NCBI GenBank assembly: GCA_965112635.1
Contig: OZ218778.1
Location: forward strand, 1,696,001 to 1,760,000
Source: an uncultured bacterium
Lineage (GTDB): Bacteria; Oederibacteriota; Oederibacteriia; Oederibacteriales; Oederibacteriaceae
Direction of reading: 5' to 3'
Length of the DNA stretch: 64,000 nucleotides
Of this stretch, positions 1 through 9,984 are shown one piece after another; position 1 is the stretch's first letter; every line of letters begins with the position of its first letter. Position numbers and translations under genes: made by a program. Below the pieces are notes generated by a model. It did no database searches and was not told the DNA's origin. It worked only from the letters and a program-made list of their open reading frames with translations.

Positions 1-72
1 TTGTCTGCCCATTTTGAGCATAGTATCGTTATTTTAGAGGATCAAGCAGAGGTTTTGACTGTGGTTCAGTAA
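1..72 (+). CDS. map: Methionine aminopeptidase, C-terminal fragment (truncated by window start)
   Basis: Frame 1 reads LSAHFEHSIVILEDQAEVLTVVQ*; SAHFEH is the MetAP C-terminal motif; canonical position upstream of infA. Confidence 0.9.
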   Translation: MSAHFEHSIVILEDQAEVLTVVQ

Positions 73-91
73 AAAACGGAGGAATTAGCCT

Positions 92-316
92 ATACCTGAA
101 TCTAAAGAAGAAACAATAGAGGTCAACGGAACAATTTTGGAGACGTTGCCCAACGCCATGTTCAAGGTTGAGTTGGAGAATAACCATGTGGTGTTAGCGC
201 ATATTTCAGGGAAGATGAGGATGAATTTTATCAAGATTCTGCCAGGAGACAAAGTGACTTTACAGCTGTCTCCCTATGACCTGAACCGGGGCAGGATCAT
301 TTATCGGTTCAAATGA
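92..316 (+). CDS. infA: Translation initiation factor IF-1 (apparent ATA start)
   Basis: Manual translation (M)[73 protein letters not shown]; GGAGG at 78-82; in-frame TAG at 86-88; not in the ORF track. Confidence 0.95.
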   Translation: MPESKEETIEVNGTILETLPNAMFKVELENNHVVLAHISGKMRMNFIKILPGDKVTLQLSPYDLNRGRIIYRFK

Positions 317-328
317 ACGGAGGTCTTA

Positions 329-442
329 GTGAAGGTCAGAGCTTCAGTGAAAAAAATTTGTGAGAAATGCAAAGTAGTCAAGCGAGGCGGGGTGGTCAGG
401 ATTTTGTGCTCCAACCCGAAGCATAAGCAGAGGCAAGGATAG
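329..442 (+). CDS. rpmJ: 50S ribosomal protein L36 (Zn-binding C+ form)
   Basis: GTG start; [37 protein letters not shown]. Confidence 0.97.
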   Translation: MKVRASVKKICEKCKVVKRGGVVRILCSNPKHKQRQG

Positions 443-484
443 GTATCTATATTATTCTAGGTTTCAAGAGGAGAGAGAAACAAG

Positions 485-883
485 ATGGCTAGGATTGCGG
501 GTGTTGAGTTACCAAAAGAGAAACGAGTTGAAATTGGACTGACCTATATCTTCGGAATAGGAAGGTCGCTTTCCAACAAGATCTTGGCGACCGCGGAAGT
601 TAATCCTGACACCCGGGTGAAGAATCTGACCGAAAAAGAGGTCCAGAAAATCAAGGACGCTCTTCAGGATATTAAGGTGGAAGGTGATCTGAAGAGGGAG
701 ATTTCCGTAAACATAAAAAGGTTGATCGATATCGGGACCTACCGCGGGCTGCGTCATCGCAAGAATTTGCCTGTCCGTGGCCAGAGGACCAAGACCAATG
801 CCAGGACGCGCAAGGGTCCAAAGAAGACCGTGGGGGTCACCAGGCAGGCTGCGGCAAAACCAGCCGCTAAGAAAGAGAGTTAA
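485..883 (+). CDS. rpsM: 30S ribosomal protein S13
   Basis: MARIAGV...GLTYIFGIG...[17 protein letters not shown]. Confidence 0.98.
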   Translation: MARIAGVELPKEKRVEIGLTYIFGIGRSLSNKILATAEVNPDTRVKNLTEKEVQKIKDALQDIKVEGDLKREISVNIKRLIDIGTYRGLRHRKNLPVRGQRTKTNARTRKGPKKTVGVTRQAAAKPAAKKES

Positions 884-909
884 TAGGTTTTCCACCAAAT
901 CATAGGAGG

Positions 910-1308
910 ATGAGCGTGGCTACTAAGAAAGCAGGAAAGATAAAAAAGAAGGAGACCAAGGTCCCTCACCACGGGATCGCGCATATCCAGTCGACCTTTA
1001 ATAACACGATAGTTTCCATTTCGGACCTTACCGGTAACATTATTGTTTGGTCCAGCGCTGGTGCCTTGGGTTTTAAAGGTTCTCGGAAGTCGACGCCCTA
1101 TGCGGCCCAGATTGCCGCCGAGACCTGCGGTAAGAAAGCAATGGAAAAAGGGGTTCAGGAAGTCGATATTTATGTCAAGGGACCTGGAGCCGGGCGAGAA
1201 GCCGCCATTAGGTCTTTGCAGGCCGTGGGGCTGAGTATCAATGCTATCAAGGACGTAACGCCCATTCCCCACAATGGCTGCCGTCCAACCAAGAGAAGGC
1301 GAGTTTAG
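910..1308 (+). CDS. rpsK: 30S ribosomal protein S11
   Basis: [37 protein letters not shown]. Confidence 0.98.
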   Translation: MSVATKKAGKIKKKETKVPHHGIAHIQSTFNNTIVSISDLTGNIIVWSSAGALGFKGSRKSTPYAAQIAAETCGKKAMEKGVQEVDIYVKGPGAGREAAIRSLQAVGLSINAIKDVTPIPHNGCRPTKRRRV

Positions 1309-1361
1309 GATTTTCAGGGGACCAGATTGGCCCCTTATTTAGAAGGGAGGAAAAAAGAAAA

Positions 1362-1988
1362 GTGGCAAGATATTTAGAGGCATCCTGTAAGCTTTGCAGG
1401 AGGGAAGGGATTAAGTTGTTCCTGAAAGGCGAGCGATGCTATACCACTAAATGCGCCATCGAGCGCAGGAACAGTCCTCCGGGGCAGCATGGGGAGAGAA
1501 GGTCTAAAGCGTCCGAGTATGGTCTTAGATTGAGAGAGAAACAAAAGCTCAAGAGGCTCTATGGGATTCTGGAGAGGCAGCTGAGGAGATATTTCAGTGC
1601 TGCATCTAGGAAAAAAGGAATCACGGGTGAATATTTGTTCAAACTTCTGGAGACCAGGTTGGATCACGTGGTTTCACGGATGGGTTTTGCCGCCAACCAC
1701 AACATGGCGCGCCAATTTATCAACCACGGTCATTTTTTGGTCAATGAGAAACCTGTTAGTATCCCTTCTTATCAGATGAAGCAAGGGGATGTCATCACCG
1801 TCAAGGCGGGCAGCAGGGAGATTCCACAGATTAAAGAAGCCATCGAACAGGCCAAAAAAAGAGGCGTACCCAACTGGTGCGAGGTCAATTTTGAGCAGTT
1901 CCAGGGAACCTTAAAGTCCATTCCCTCGCGAGAAGACATCAACGCTCCTGTACAGGAACAACTGATCGTCGAGTTTTATTCCAAATAA
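1362..1988 (+). CDS. rpsD: 30S ribosomal protein S4
   Basis: CKLCRREG.KLFLKGERC, PPGQHG, LETRLD, EQLIVEFYSK. Confidence 0.98.
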   Translation: MARYLEASCKLCRREGIKLFLKGERCYTTKCAIERRNSPPGQHGERRSKASEYGLRLREKQKLKRLYGILERQLRRYFSAASRKKGITGEYLFKLLETRLDHVVSRMGFAANHNMARQFINHGHFLVNEKPVSIPSYQMKQGDVITVKAGSREIPQIKEAIEQAKKRGVPNWCEVNFEQFQGTLKSIPSREDINAPVQEQLIVEFYSK

Positions 1989-2003
1989 GAGGAGGCTTGA
2001 GGC

Positions 2004-2978
2004 ATGAAGTTTAAGAATATGGAAAAACCCCGCAGGTTGGAATGGGATCAAGATAGTTTGACGGAGACCTACGGTAAATGCTATGTGGAGCCTTTTGAAA
2101 GAGGTTATGGCATCACCGTTGGAAACGCTCTGCGCAGAATTTTGCTATCGTCCATTCCCAGTGCGGCCATAACAAGCGCGAAGATCGACGGGGTTTTGCA
2201 TGAGTTTTCCACAGCCCCGGGAGTGGTGGAGGACATCACCCAGATTCTTATGAATCTAAAACAAGTCCGCTTGATCTACGACGGTGAAGAGCCCAAGCTT
2301 ATTCGCTTGCAGGTAGAGGGTGAGAGGGAAGTCCGGGCCAGGGATATCGAGACTGACGAGACTATGAAAGTCCTCAATCCCGATCTCCACATTGCCACGC
2401 TTAACAGCCGCGAAGCAAAACTGGCTATTGAGATGCGCGTGGAGGTGGGGCGCGGATACGTCCCCTCGGAGAATTTGAAGAGGGAAGACCAGGCAATCGG
2501 CGAGGTTGCTCTGGACGCTATTTTTTCTCCCATCAAAAGGGTGAAGTTCAACGTGGAGAACACCAGGGTGGGACAAATGACAGACTATGAGAAGCTGGTG
2601 ATGGAGATTTGGACCGATGGCCGGGTCAAACCCCAGGACGTTCTGACCGAGGCTGTGCGGCTCTATAAAGAGCATCTAGCCATTTTTGACCACGAAGAAG
2701 AAGTTAAAGCCCAGAAGAGCATGGACAATGTCGATGAGGAAAAAGAAAAGCTTAAAGAACTGCTCACCAAGAGCGTGGAAGAACTGGAGTTTTCAGTCAG
2801 GGCTGCCAACTGCCTGAGAAATGCGAACATCAAAACCATAGGCGATCTTGTTCAAAAGACCGAGGCTGAAATGCTCAAATATAGAAATTTCGGCAGAAAG
2901 TCCTTAACTGAGATTAAAGAAGTCCTAGCCGAAATGAATTTGAGCTTGGGTATGAAAACAGACTCAGCGGAAGAATGA
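2004..2978 (+). CDS. rpoA: RNA polymerase alpha subunit
   Basis: EPFERGYGITVGNALRRILLSS, VLHEFS, SVRAANCL, RNFGRKSL. Confidence 0.98.
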   Translation: MKFKNMEKPRRLEWDQDSLTETYGKCYVEPFERGYGITVGNALRRILLSSIPSAAITSAKIDGVLHEFSTAPGVVEDITQILMNLKQVRLIYDGEEPKLIRLQVEGEREVRARDIETDETMKVLNPDLHIATLNSREAKLAIEMRVEVGRGYVPSENLKREDQAIGEVALDAIFSPIKRVKFNVENTRVGQMTDYEKLVMEIWTDGRVKPQDVLTEAVRLYKEHLAIFDHEEEVKAQKSMDNVDEEKEKLKELLTKSVEELEFSVRAANCLRNANIKTIGDLVQKTEAEMLKYRNFGRKSLTEIKEVLAEMNLSLGMKTDSAEE

Positions 2979-2988
2979 GGAGACGATC

Positions 2989-3417
2989 ATGAGGCACGGC
3001 GTTGCCGGAAGAAAATTGGGGCGAAGGACCAGCCATAAAGAAGCGATGTTGCAAAACATGGTCTGTTCTCTTTTTCGTCATGGAAGGATATTTACCACCC
3101 TAGGTAAGGCCAAAGAGGCAGCCCCCTTGGCCAATCACTTAATCGCCGTGGCCAAAAAAGGTGATCTCGCAGGCCGGCGGTATGTTTTGAGGTTCATGCC
3201 GGATAAAGAAGTCGTTAAAAAACTTTTTGACGTGATCGTCAAATGGAATCCTGAGAGAAAGAGCGGCTTCACCAGGATCTTGCGAGTTGGGACTCGCAAA
3301 GGGGATGCTGCTCCAGTGGTCCTTTTGGAATTAATCGATAAACCGCAGGAAGCTCCCAAGGAAAAAGAAAAAAAGAAAGAAAAAGCTGCAGAAAAGACTC
3401 AGCCCGCCAAGTTGTAA
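2989..3417 (+). CDS. rplQ: 50S ribosomal protein L17
   Basis: MRHG..GRKLGR, SGFTRI, RKGDAAP. Confidence 0.97.
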   Translation: MRHGVAGRKLGRRTSHKEAMLQNMVCSLFRHGRIFTTLGKAKEAAPLANHLIAVAKKGDLAGRRYVLRFMPDKEVVKKLFDVIVKWNPERKSGFTRILRVGTRKGDAAPVVLLELIDKPQEAPKEKEKKKEKAAEKTQPAKL

Positions 3418-3452
3418 GGTGTCCGCCCGAAGGGGCTGGGAGGAGTGTTTAA

Positions 3453-5750
3453 ATGGAGATTAACGAGTTACTAAAGAAAATGATCTCCCAGAGCGCCTCG
3501 GACATCCATTTTAAAGCCGGGCTCCCTCCCCTGTTACGCATCGATGGCGATCTTAACCGCCTAGAAAGTTACCCTCCTTTGACCCCTCAAGATACTGAAC
3601 AGCTGGCTAAAAGCCTTATGAACCCGAACCAGCAAGCTCAATTGAATCAAAAGAACGAAGTCGATTTGGCCTATCAGGTTCCCAACCTAGCCAGATTCAG
3701 GGCCAATATTTTCAGGCAAAAAGGGAGCATTGAGATTGTCATGCGGGCGATCCCCATGATGGTTCCGACCGTGGAGGAGCTGAACCTTCCACCTGTCTTA
3801 AAAGATCTGGCATTAAGCGCCCGTGGACTTATCCTGGTCACCGGGATCACAGGAAGCGGTAAAAGCTCTACCATTGCGGCAATGATCGATTATGTAAACC
3901 GGATGAGGCCTTACCATATCATCACTATCGAAGACCCCGTGGAATTCGTGTTTTCCGACCAGCAGAGCTCCATTTCCCAGAGAGAGGTTGGCCTGGACAC
4001 GGACAGTTTCGGAGCGGCTCTGAAATATTCCTTGCGCCAGGATCCCGATGTATTGGTGATAGGAGAAATGAGGGATATGGAGACGGCTTCGATCGCACTC
4101 ACTGCGGCTGAGACCGGACACCTTGTTTTTTCCACCCTTCACACGATCGACGCCATTCAAACCATAGACAGGATCATCGATTTTTTTCCTCCTAACCAGC
4201 AGGAACAGATCAGGCTGCAGTTCTCCAACGTCCTGGTGAGCACTGTTTCTATGCGCCTCATAGCCAGATCGGGCGAGAAAGGAAGGGTTCCCGCGGTAGA
4301 AGTTTTAATTGCCACGCCCACTATCAAGGGCTATATTCGCGAAAAAAAGATGGGTTCTATCCGCAACGCTATTGAAGAGGGGGCTAGCCAGTACAAGATG
4401 CAGTCCTTTGATATGTCGCTACTGGAACTTTACCAAAAAGGCTTTATTTCCCGCGAGGACGCACTGGCTGAGGCCAGCAATTCCGGCGACTTGGCCCTCC
4501 AGATGAAAGGTATCAGCCGAAGCGGCGCTTCTGCACAAGGGCAGATGAAGTCATTCGAGGATGAGGTGGAACGCCAAAATATCCAGGAAAAACTTCGTGT
4601 TTGCAGGGAATACATCCTGAAACAACGCGTTGAGGACGCCCTAGAAACCTTGCAGGAAATTTTAAAACGTTACCCTAACCATCCAGATGCTTCCGCGTTG
4701 TTCAAAGAGGCGCACAGTCGCCTGGGAGACGAGGCCAAAAAAGCAAAGGTGCGCAGCTTGTTGACCAAGGCCATTGCTCAGTTCCAGATAGGAAAGGTCG
4801 ACGAGGCGGTAGCTATGTGGCAGCAATGTTTGTCGCTGGATCCAGGGAACAAGCAGACCCTAGCGCTTCTGGAGGAAACGGAAAAACATCTGGCTGTGCC
4901 CGAGACGGCAGAGCTGAAATACACCAAGGCCCAGGTTTTGGTCCTCTTGGATAAAATGAAAGAAGCTTTGCCCTTGCTCGATGAGGTTCTAAGGACTAAT
5001 CCCAATCACCAGCAGGCCAAGGTCCTGCAGGCCCAGCTCAGGGATTCCCTGCAAAACCTCGACAAGATCAAGGAGTCCGACAAGCTTATCCATGAGGCTT
5101 CCATGCTTTTCGAGGAGGGAGAGTTCTTGCAGTCCACGCAAAAGTGGTTCCAGGCCAACGCAGTCCTGCGACGTTCGGAGACCGAAGAAAAATGCGACAG
5201 GGCTTTGAAAAAATCCGTGGAAAAGGCCATGGAAGGGATCAGCCAGGATTCGGCTAACTGGGACCTTTACCATCATCTCATCAGCGAAGCCGTGGACGCT
5301 TTTTCCAAGGAAAGGTATCTGGCCGCCTTGGGTTTTTGGAAAAAGGTCGCTGAACAGAATCCCCTGCACCGTCAGACCCAGGACAACATTAATTTCGTCA
5401 AGGTCAAGATCGAAGAGATCGTGCACCAGGGCCTGAAAAACGCTGAGGAGTTCTCGCGCAGTGGAAGGATCGGCGAAGCCATGCAGGCTTGTCGAGAGGT
5501 TTTAGCTGTTGATCCCGACAACGCAGCTGCCAAGGGTTGGTTAGAGAAGACCGAGCCGTTGGTTAGGGAGCAGCTGGTCAAGCTTTACCAGGAAGGGGTA
5601 AATCATTTTAACGAAAACAAGTTCAAAGAGGCCATTGCTGCTTGGGAAAAAGTATTACTCTTGAACCCCACCCACGATCATGCTCGCCAGAACATCTCCA
5701 GGGCAAAAGAAAAGATGCAGATGATTGAGGGTAAGAAAACCGGTAAGTAG
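3453..5750 (+). CDS. PilT/PilU-family type IV pilus retraction ATPase with ~400-aa C-terminal TPR extension
   Basis: ASDIH, Walker A GITGSGKS, TIEDPVE, LRQDPDVLVIGEMRD, ETGHLVFSTLHT; C-terminal TPR-like repeats (WEKVLLLNPTHDHA, LSLDPGN). Confidence 0.88.
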   Translation: MEINELLKKMISQSASDIHFKAGLPPLLRIDGDLNRLESYPPLTPQDTEQLAKSLMNPNQQAQLNQKNEVDLAYQVPNLARFRANIFRQKGSIEIVMRAIPMMVPTVEELNLPPVLKDLALSARGLILVTGITGSGKSSTIAAMIDYVNRMRPYHIITIEDPVEFVFSDQQSSISQREVGLDTDSFGAALKYSLRQDPDVLVIGEMRDMETASIALTAAETGHLVFSTLHTIDAIQTIDRIIDFFPPNQQEQIRLQFSNVLVSTVSMRLIARSGEKGRVPAVEVLIATPTIKGYIREKKMGSIRNAIEEGASQYKMQSFDMSLLELYQKGFISREDALAEASNSGDLALQMKGISRSGASAQGQMKSFEDEVERQNIQEKLRVCREYILKQRVEDALETLQEILKRYPNHPDASALFKEAHSRLGDEAKKAKVRSLLTKAIAQFQIGKVDEAVAMWQQCLSLDPGNKQTLALLEETEKHLAVPETAELKYTKAQVLVLLDKMKEALPLLDEVLRTNPNHQQAKVLQAQLRDSLQNLDKIKESDKLIHEASMLFEEGEFLQSTQKWFQANAVLRRSETEEKCDRALKKSVEKAMEGISQDSANWDLYHHLISEAVDAFSKERYLAALGFWKKVAEQNPLHRQTQDNINFVKVKIEEIVHQGLKNAEEFSRSGRIGEAMQACREVLAVDPDNAAAKGWLEKTEPLVREQLVKLYQEGVNHFNENKFKEAIAAWEKVLLLNPTHDHARQNISRAKEKMQMIEGKKTGK

Positions 5751-5896
5751 CTTTCCCCAGCTTTTATACCTGTTTTAATCCGTTACCCTATTCTCAAGCC
5801 GGGGGGTGCTCCATTCCTCTAGTTCCAATCTGAGAGCCTATTTGGTAAACTATTTAAAATCTTTTTTGGCCATTTTTTAAAAGGACGGACAAAACT

Positions 5897-6943
5897 ATGA
5901 AATTGAAAGTTGGAGTTTTGGGGGCTACGGGCTATGCGGGAGTAGAGCTTTTAAGGATCCTTTTGAAACATCCCGGTGTATCCCTGGAGGCGGCCACTTC
6001 GGAAACCTACGCGGGCAAAAGAATAAACGAGGTTTATCCCTCTTTTCTCAAGAATCTGGATATTGTCCTGGAAAAGCCGGCGCTTTCCAAGCTTATCCAT
6101 CGGTGCGACTTTTTCTTTCTAGCCCTCCCTCACGGTGAAGCCATGAGTTGGGTACCCCAGCTCATTAAGGCCGGTAAGACTATGGTTGATGTGAGCGGTG
6201 ATTTCCGGCTTAAGGATGCCAAAGCCTATCCCCGGTGGTACGGGTTCGGTCACAAGGCGCCTTCCCTTTTAAAGCAGGCAGTCTACGGACTTCCGGAGCT
6301 CCATCATGAAGAGATCCGGGGGGCCTCTTTAGTGGCCAATCCTGGCTGTTATCCCACCTCAGTGATCCTAGCCGCAGCTCCTTTGCAACACCAAAAAATC
6401 ATCCGGCCAGACAGCTTAACCATAGACTCCAAATCCGGCATTTCCGGATACGGCCGGAAAGTCACTTTGACTGTGCATTACGCTGAAATCAATGAAAATA
6501 TGGAGGCATACAAGGTTGGGGGAGTACACCAGCATATCCCGGAGATGGAACAGGAGCTGAGCCTAGTGGCCGGCAAGAAAGTGGTCTTAAGCTTCACGCC
6601 GCATTACGCGCCCTTCACCAGGGGGATTTTCAGCACGGTCTATGCCGACCTGTCTAAGAACCTCTCACTTGGTGACTTGGTGGAACTTTACAGCGAATTT
6701 TACAAGGACGTTCCGTTCGTCCGGGTCTATCCCCAGGGCAACCTACCCGATGTCAAGGCGGTCTATGGGTCCAACTATTGCGACCTGGGCCTGGCCCTGG
6801 ACAGCAGGACTAAAAAAGTCATTGTCATCTCCACCATCGACAATTTGGTCAAAGGAGCGGCCGGACAGGCCGTTCAGAATATGAACCTCATGGCGGGATT
6901 CCCCGAGACCACGGGTCTCCAGGATCCGGGCCTGGTCCCCTGA
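5897..6943 (+). CDS. argC: N-acetyl-gamma-glutamyl-phosphate reductase
   Basis: GATGYAG, ANPGCYPT, HQHIPEMEQEL, DNLVKGAAGQAVQNMN. Confidence 0.96.
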   Translation: MKLKVGVLGATGYAGVELLRILLKHPGVSLEAATSETYAGKRINEVYPSFLKNLDIVLEKPALSKLIHRCDFFFLALPHGEAMSWVPQLIKAGKTMVDVSGDFRLKDAKAYPRWYGFGHKAPSLLKQAVYGLPELHHEEIRGASLVANPGCYPTSVILAAAPLQHQKIIRPDSLTIDSKSGISGYGRKVTLTVHYAEINENMEAYKVGGVHQHIPEMEQELSLVAGKKVVLSFTPHYAPFTRGIFSTVYADLSKNLSLGDLVELYSEFYKDVPFVRVYPQGNLPDVKAVYGSNYCDLGLALDSRTKKVIVISTIDNLVKGAAGQAVQNMNLMAGFPETTGLQDPGLVP

Positions 6944-6950
6944 CGCCGCT

Positions 6951-8174
6951 ATGGCCAAATTCAACCCTATCCCAGGAGGGGTCACCGCCCCTGAAGGTTA
7001 TATAGCCGGGGCCGCGGCCTGCGGCCTGAAAAAGAATGGCAAAACCGACCTGGGACTGCTGTTTTCTATGGTTTCGGCCCAGACCACTGCCTGTTTCACT
7101 GCCAACCGGGTCAAAGCAGCTCCGCTTCTGTGGGACATGGCCAAATTGGACAGGTCCAGCTTGACCAAAGCCGTGCTGGCCAACAGCGGTAACGCCAATG
7201 CCTGCACGGGTAAGCCGGGTTTGGTCGTGGCCGACAAGAGCGCTACTTTCGCTGCCAAAGTCTTGCACATCACCGAGAGAGAAGTTTTCGTCTGCTCCAC
7301 CGGGGTCATCGGCCGGTCTTTGCCCCTCAAGAATATCCAGGAGGGAGTGCTCCGGTGCGTCCCTCAATTGAGCCGGCCGGGCCATCTCAGTTTTGCCAAA
7401 GCTATCATGACCACGGACACGGTCCCTAAGGAATGCGGGGTAGAAGTTTCCCTGGGCAAACACAAGGTCCGGATAGGCGGATGCGCCAAGGGTTCGGGCA
7501 TGGTCAATCCCAACATGGTCCCGCACGCCACGGTCCTGGTCTTTTTGACCACGGACGCCTCTCTGTCTTTGGCGTTGCAAAAGAAAGCGCTGGAATCAGC
7601 GGTCAATGTCTCGTTCAATAGTTTGACTGTGGATGGCGACGCCAGCACCAACGATACGGTAGTCCTGCTGGCCAACGGACAAAGTGTTGCCCCCAAAATA
7701 GAAAAGGAAGGTCCAGCATGGAAGGCTTTTACGGAAGGTCTCACATTTGTATGTGTTTCCCTGGCCAAGATGCTGGCTGCGGACGGTGAGGGCGCCACAA
7801 AATATGTGGAAGTGTGCGTCAAAGGGGCTGCCAGCGTTGCTGAGGCTCAAAAGGCCGCCAAAGCCGTGGCTAACTCGCCGTTGGTCAAGACCGCCCTTTT
7901 TGGCAGGGATGCCAACTGGGGCAGGATCATGTGCGCCCTAGGGAATTCAGGTGCCAAATTTGATCCTGAAAAAACGAGTATTTCGATCAATAAAAGTCTC
8001 CTGGTGAGGAATGGACAGGCCGTGGCTATGTCCGAAAAAGAACAGAACAAACTGCTTCAGCCGAAGAAGATCCTCATCGAGGCCGACCTCAAGAACGACA
8101 AATACTCGGCCAAAGTGTTTACCTGCGACCTTTCCGTGGATTATGTCAGGATCAACGGCGGATACCGGAGTTAA
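6951..8174 (+). CDS. argJ: Ornithine acetyltransferase / N-acetylglutamate synthase
   Basis: NSGNANACTG, STGVIG, AIMTTDT, AKGSGM..PNM, STNDTV, DGEGATK; the usual autocleavage motif PNMAT reads PNMVPHAT here. Confidence 0.95.
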   Translation: MAKFNPIPGGVTAPEGYIAGAAACGLKKNGKTDLGLLFSMVSAQTTACFTANRVKAAPLLWDMAKLDRSSLTKAVLANSGNANACTGKPGLVVADKSATFAAKVLHITEREVFVCSTGVIGRSLPLKNIQEGVLRCVPQLSRPGHLSFAKAIMTTDTVPKECGVEVSLGKHKVRIGGCAKGSGMVNPNMVPHATVLVFLTTDASLSLALQKKALESAVNVSFNSLTVDGDASTNDTVVLLANGQSVAPKIEKEGPAWKAFTEGLTFVCVSLAKMLAADGEGATKYVEVCVKGAASVAEAQKAAKAVANSPLVKTALFGRDANWGRIMCALGNSGAKFDPEKTSISINKSLLVRNGQAVAMSEKEQNKLLQPKKILIEADLKNDKYSAKVFTCDLSVDYVRINGGYRS

Positions 8175-8250
8175 ACCTGTCGGGAACAATTACCTTTGAA
8201 ATCTCTGGTTCGTTCCGAATTAACCATTTTGTGAGGGGGTTTTTAGGGTT

Positions 8251-9171
8251 GTGAGCAAAGTAAAGCTTTATATTGAAGAGGCAAGACTACCATTTGTGAC
8301 TGCGACTATCGTGCCGGTCGTGTTGGGTGCGTCCGTGGCCTGGTACCAACTCCATAGCTTTAACTGGTTCTTTTTTATCCTAGCCCTGGTAGGGGGGCTC
8401 TTCATCCACGCTGGCCTGAACATCGCCAACGACTATTATGACCACACTTCGGGAGTGGACGAACTTAATAAAATAAAAACTCCTTTCAGCGGTGGCAGTC
8501 GTATGATCCAAAAAAAGCTGCTCACACCCCGAGAAGTCCTGATCGAAAGTCTTATCTGTTTCGGGATAGGCGGGGCCATAGGGCTTTATCTCAACTGGAT
8601 GTTGCCTGGCAACACCCTGCTGTGGATCGGGGTTGTCGGTATATTCTTGGCATTCTTTTACACAGCCAGCCCTTTGCGAATCGGTTATACGGGATTTGGC
8701 GAGCTTATCACCGCTATTGGTTTCGGACCCGTCATGGTGCTGGGTTCCTATTTCACCCAGGCCGCCAAGCTTGACGGCCTGGCGCTTTTTGCCTCAGTCC
8801 CGGTGGCTATCATGGTAGCCCTTATTCTTTATATCAATGAGTTCCCTGACTTTGACGCCGATAAGGCTGGCCATAAAAGGACCTTGGTCGTGATCCTGGG
8901 AAAGCGCAGGGCGGTCAAGCTGTACTTTTTCCTTCTAGGGCTGACTTACGTCTGGGTCCTCGTTGGGATCGTGCTGCGCTATTTCCCCTTAGCCAGTCTC
9001 ACGGTCCTGCTCACCCTGCCCCTTTGCTGGAAAGCGATGAGCATTGCGGGTCGCCATTATAATAATATTAAGGAACTGATCCCGGCCAACGCCATGACTA
9101 TAGGCTTGCACCTGGCCATCGGAATGCTCTTGAGCCTTAGCTATATTATTGCCCCGTTCATCCATTCATAG
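8251..9171 (+). CDS. menA: 1,4-dihydroxy-2-naphthoate prenyltransferase (UbiA/MenA family)
   Basis: NDYYD...GVD, SGGS, NEFPD...D...KRTL; multiple TM helices. Confidence 0.85.
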   Translation: MSKVKLYIEEARLPFVTATIVPVVLGASVAWYQLHSFNWFFFILALVGGLFIHAGLNIANDYYDHTSGVDELNKIKTPFSGGSRMIQKKLLTPREVLIESLICFGIGGAIGLYLNWMLPGNTLLWIGVVGIFLAFFYTASPLRIGYTGFGELITAIGFGPVMVLGSYFTQAAKLDGLALFASVPVAIMVALILYINEFPDFDADKAGHKRTLVVILGKRRAVKLYFFLLGLTYVWVLVGIVLRYFPLASLTVLLTLPLCWKAMSIAGRHYNNIKELIPANAMTIGLHLAIGMLLSLSYIIAPFIHS

Positions 9172-9183
9172 AAGGAGAGTCGT

Positions 9184-9984
9184 ATGGCTAATTATTTGCG
9201 ACCTTTGATCGATGTGGCCTGGGAGGCCGGTGGTATCCTTAAGGCCAAGATGGGCAAACTGCGCAAGATCGAGCGTAAAACAGGCTGGTCCAATATCGTG
9301 ACCGAGGCGGACAAGGCTTCGGAAAAACTGATCATTAAGAGGTGGCGCAAGCTTTTTCCAAGTCATGCTATCCTTGGCGAGGAGCGGGGCAAAGTGCGGG
9401 GCAGACAGAAGTCCGGGTTCCGGCTTATCGTGGACCCTCTGGATGGCACCAACAACTACACCCATGGGTTCCCATTTTTTGCCGTGTCCGTGGGTCTGGA
9501 AGAAAATGGCATGCCTGTGGCCGGAGTGGTTTACGCGCCAATGCTCAAGGAGTTTTTTTACGCTGAAAAGGGCGGTGGCGCGTATTTGAACAAAAAACGC
9601 ATCCATGTTTCCAGTGTCAGGAGGCTGGAAAAAAGCCTGCTGGCGACTGGATTTTCTTATAGGATGTGGACCAATCCGGACGACAACTTGGATAATTTCG
9701 CTATGATGCTTAAAAAAGCGCATGGCATTCGCCGTCCCGGGGCCGCGTCCATTGATTTGTGCTATGTCGCTTGCGGCAGGTTTGACGGGTATTGGGAGTT
9801 GGACCTTTATCCCTGGGACATCAGCGCGGGCCGCATGATCGTTAAAGAAGCGGGTGGCTTGGTCACGGATTTTACAGGACAGCCCTATACCTATGACCGG
9901 GTGGATATTCTGGCTTCTAACGGCCTTATCCATCGTCAGATGAGTAAAGTCTTGTTGAACGGGACTGTTGGAGCGAATCGATGA
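9184..9984 (+). CDS. suhB: Inositol monophosphatase family protein
   Basis: VTEAD, ILGEE, VDPLDGTNNY, WDISAG. Confidence 0.88.
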   Translation: MANYLRPLIDVAWEAGGILKAKMGKLRKIERKTGWSNIVTEADKASEKLIIKRWRKLFPSHAILGEERGKVRGRQKSGFRLIVDPLDGTNNYTHGFPFFAVSVGLEENGMPVAGVVYAPMLKEFFYAEKGGGAYLNKKRIHVSSVRRLEKSLLATGFSYRMWTNPDDNLDNFAMMLKKAHGIRRPGAASIDLCYVACGRFDGYWELDLYPWDISAGRMIVKEAGGLVTDFTGQPYTYDRVDILASNGLIHRQMSKVLLNGTVGANR

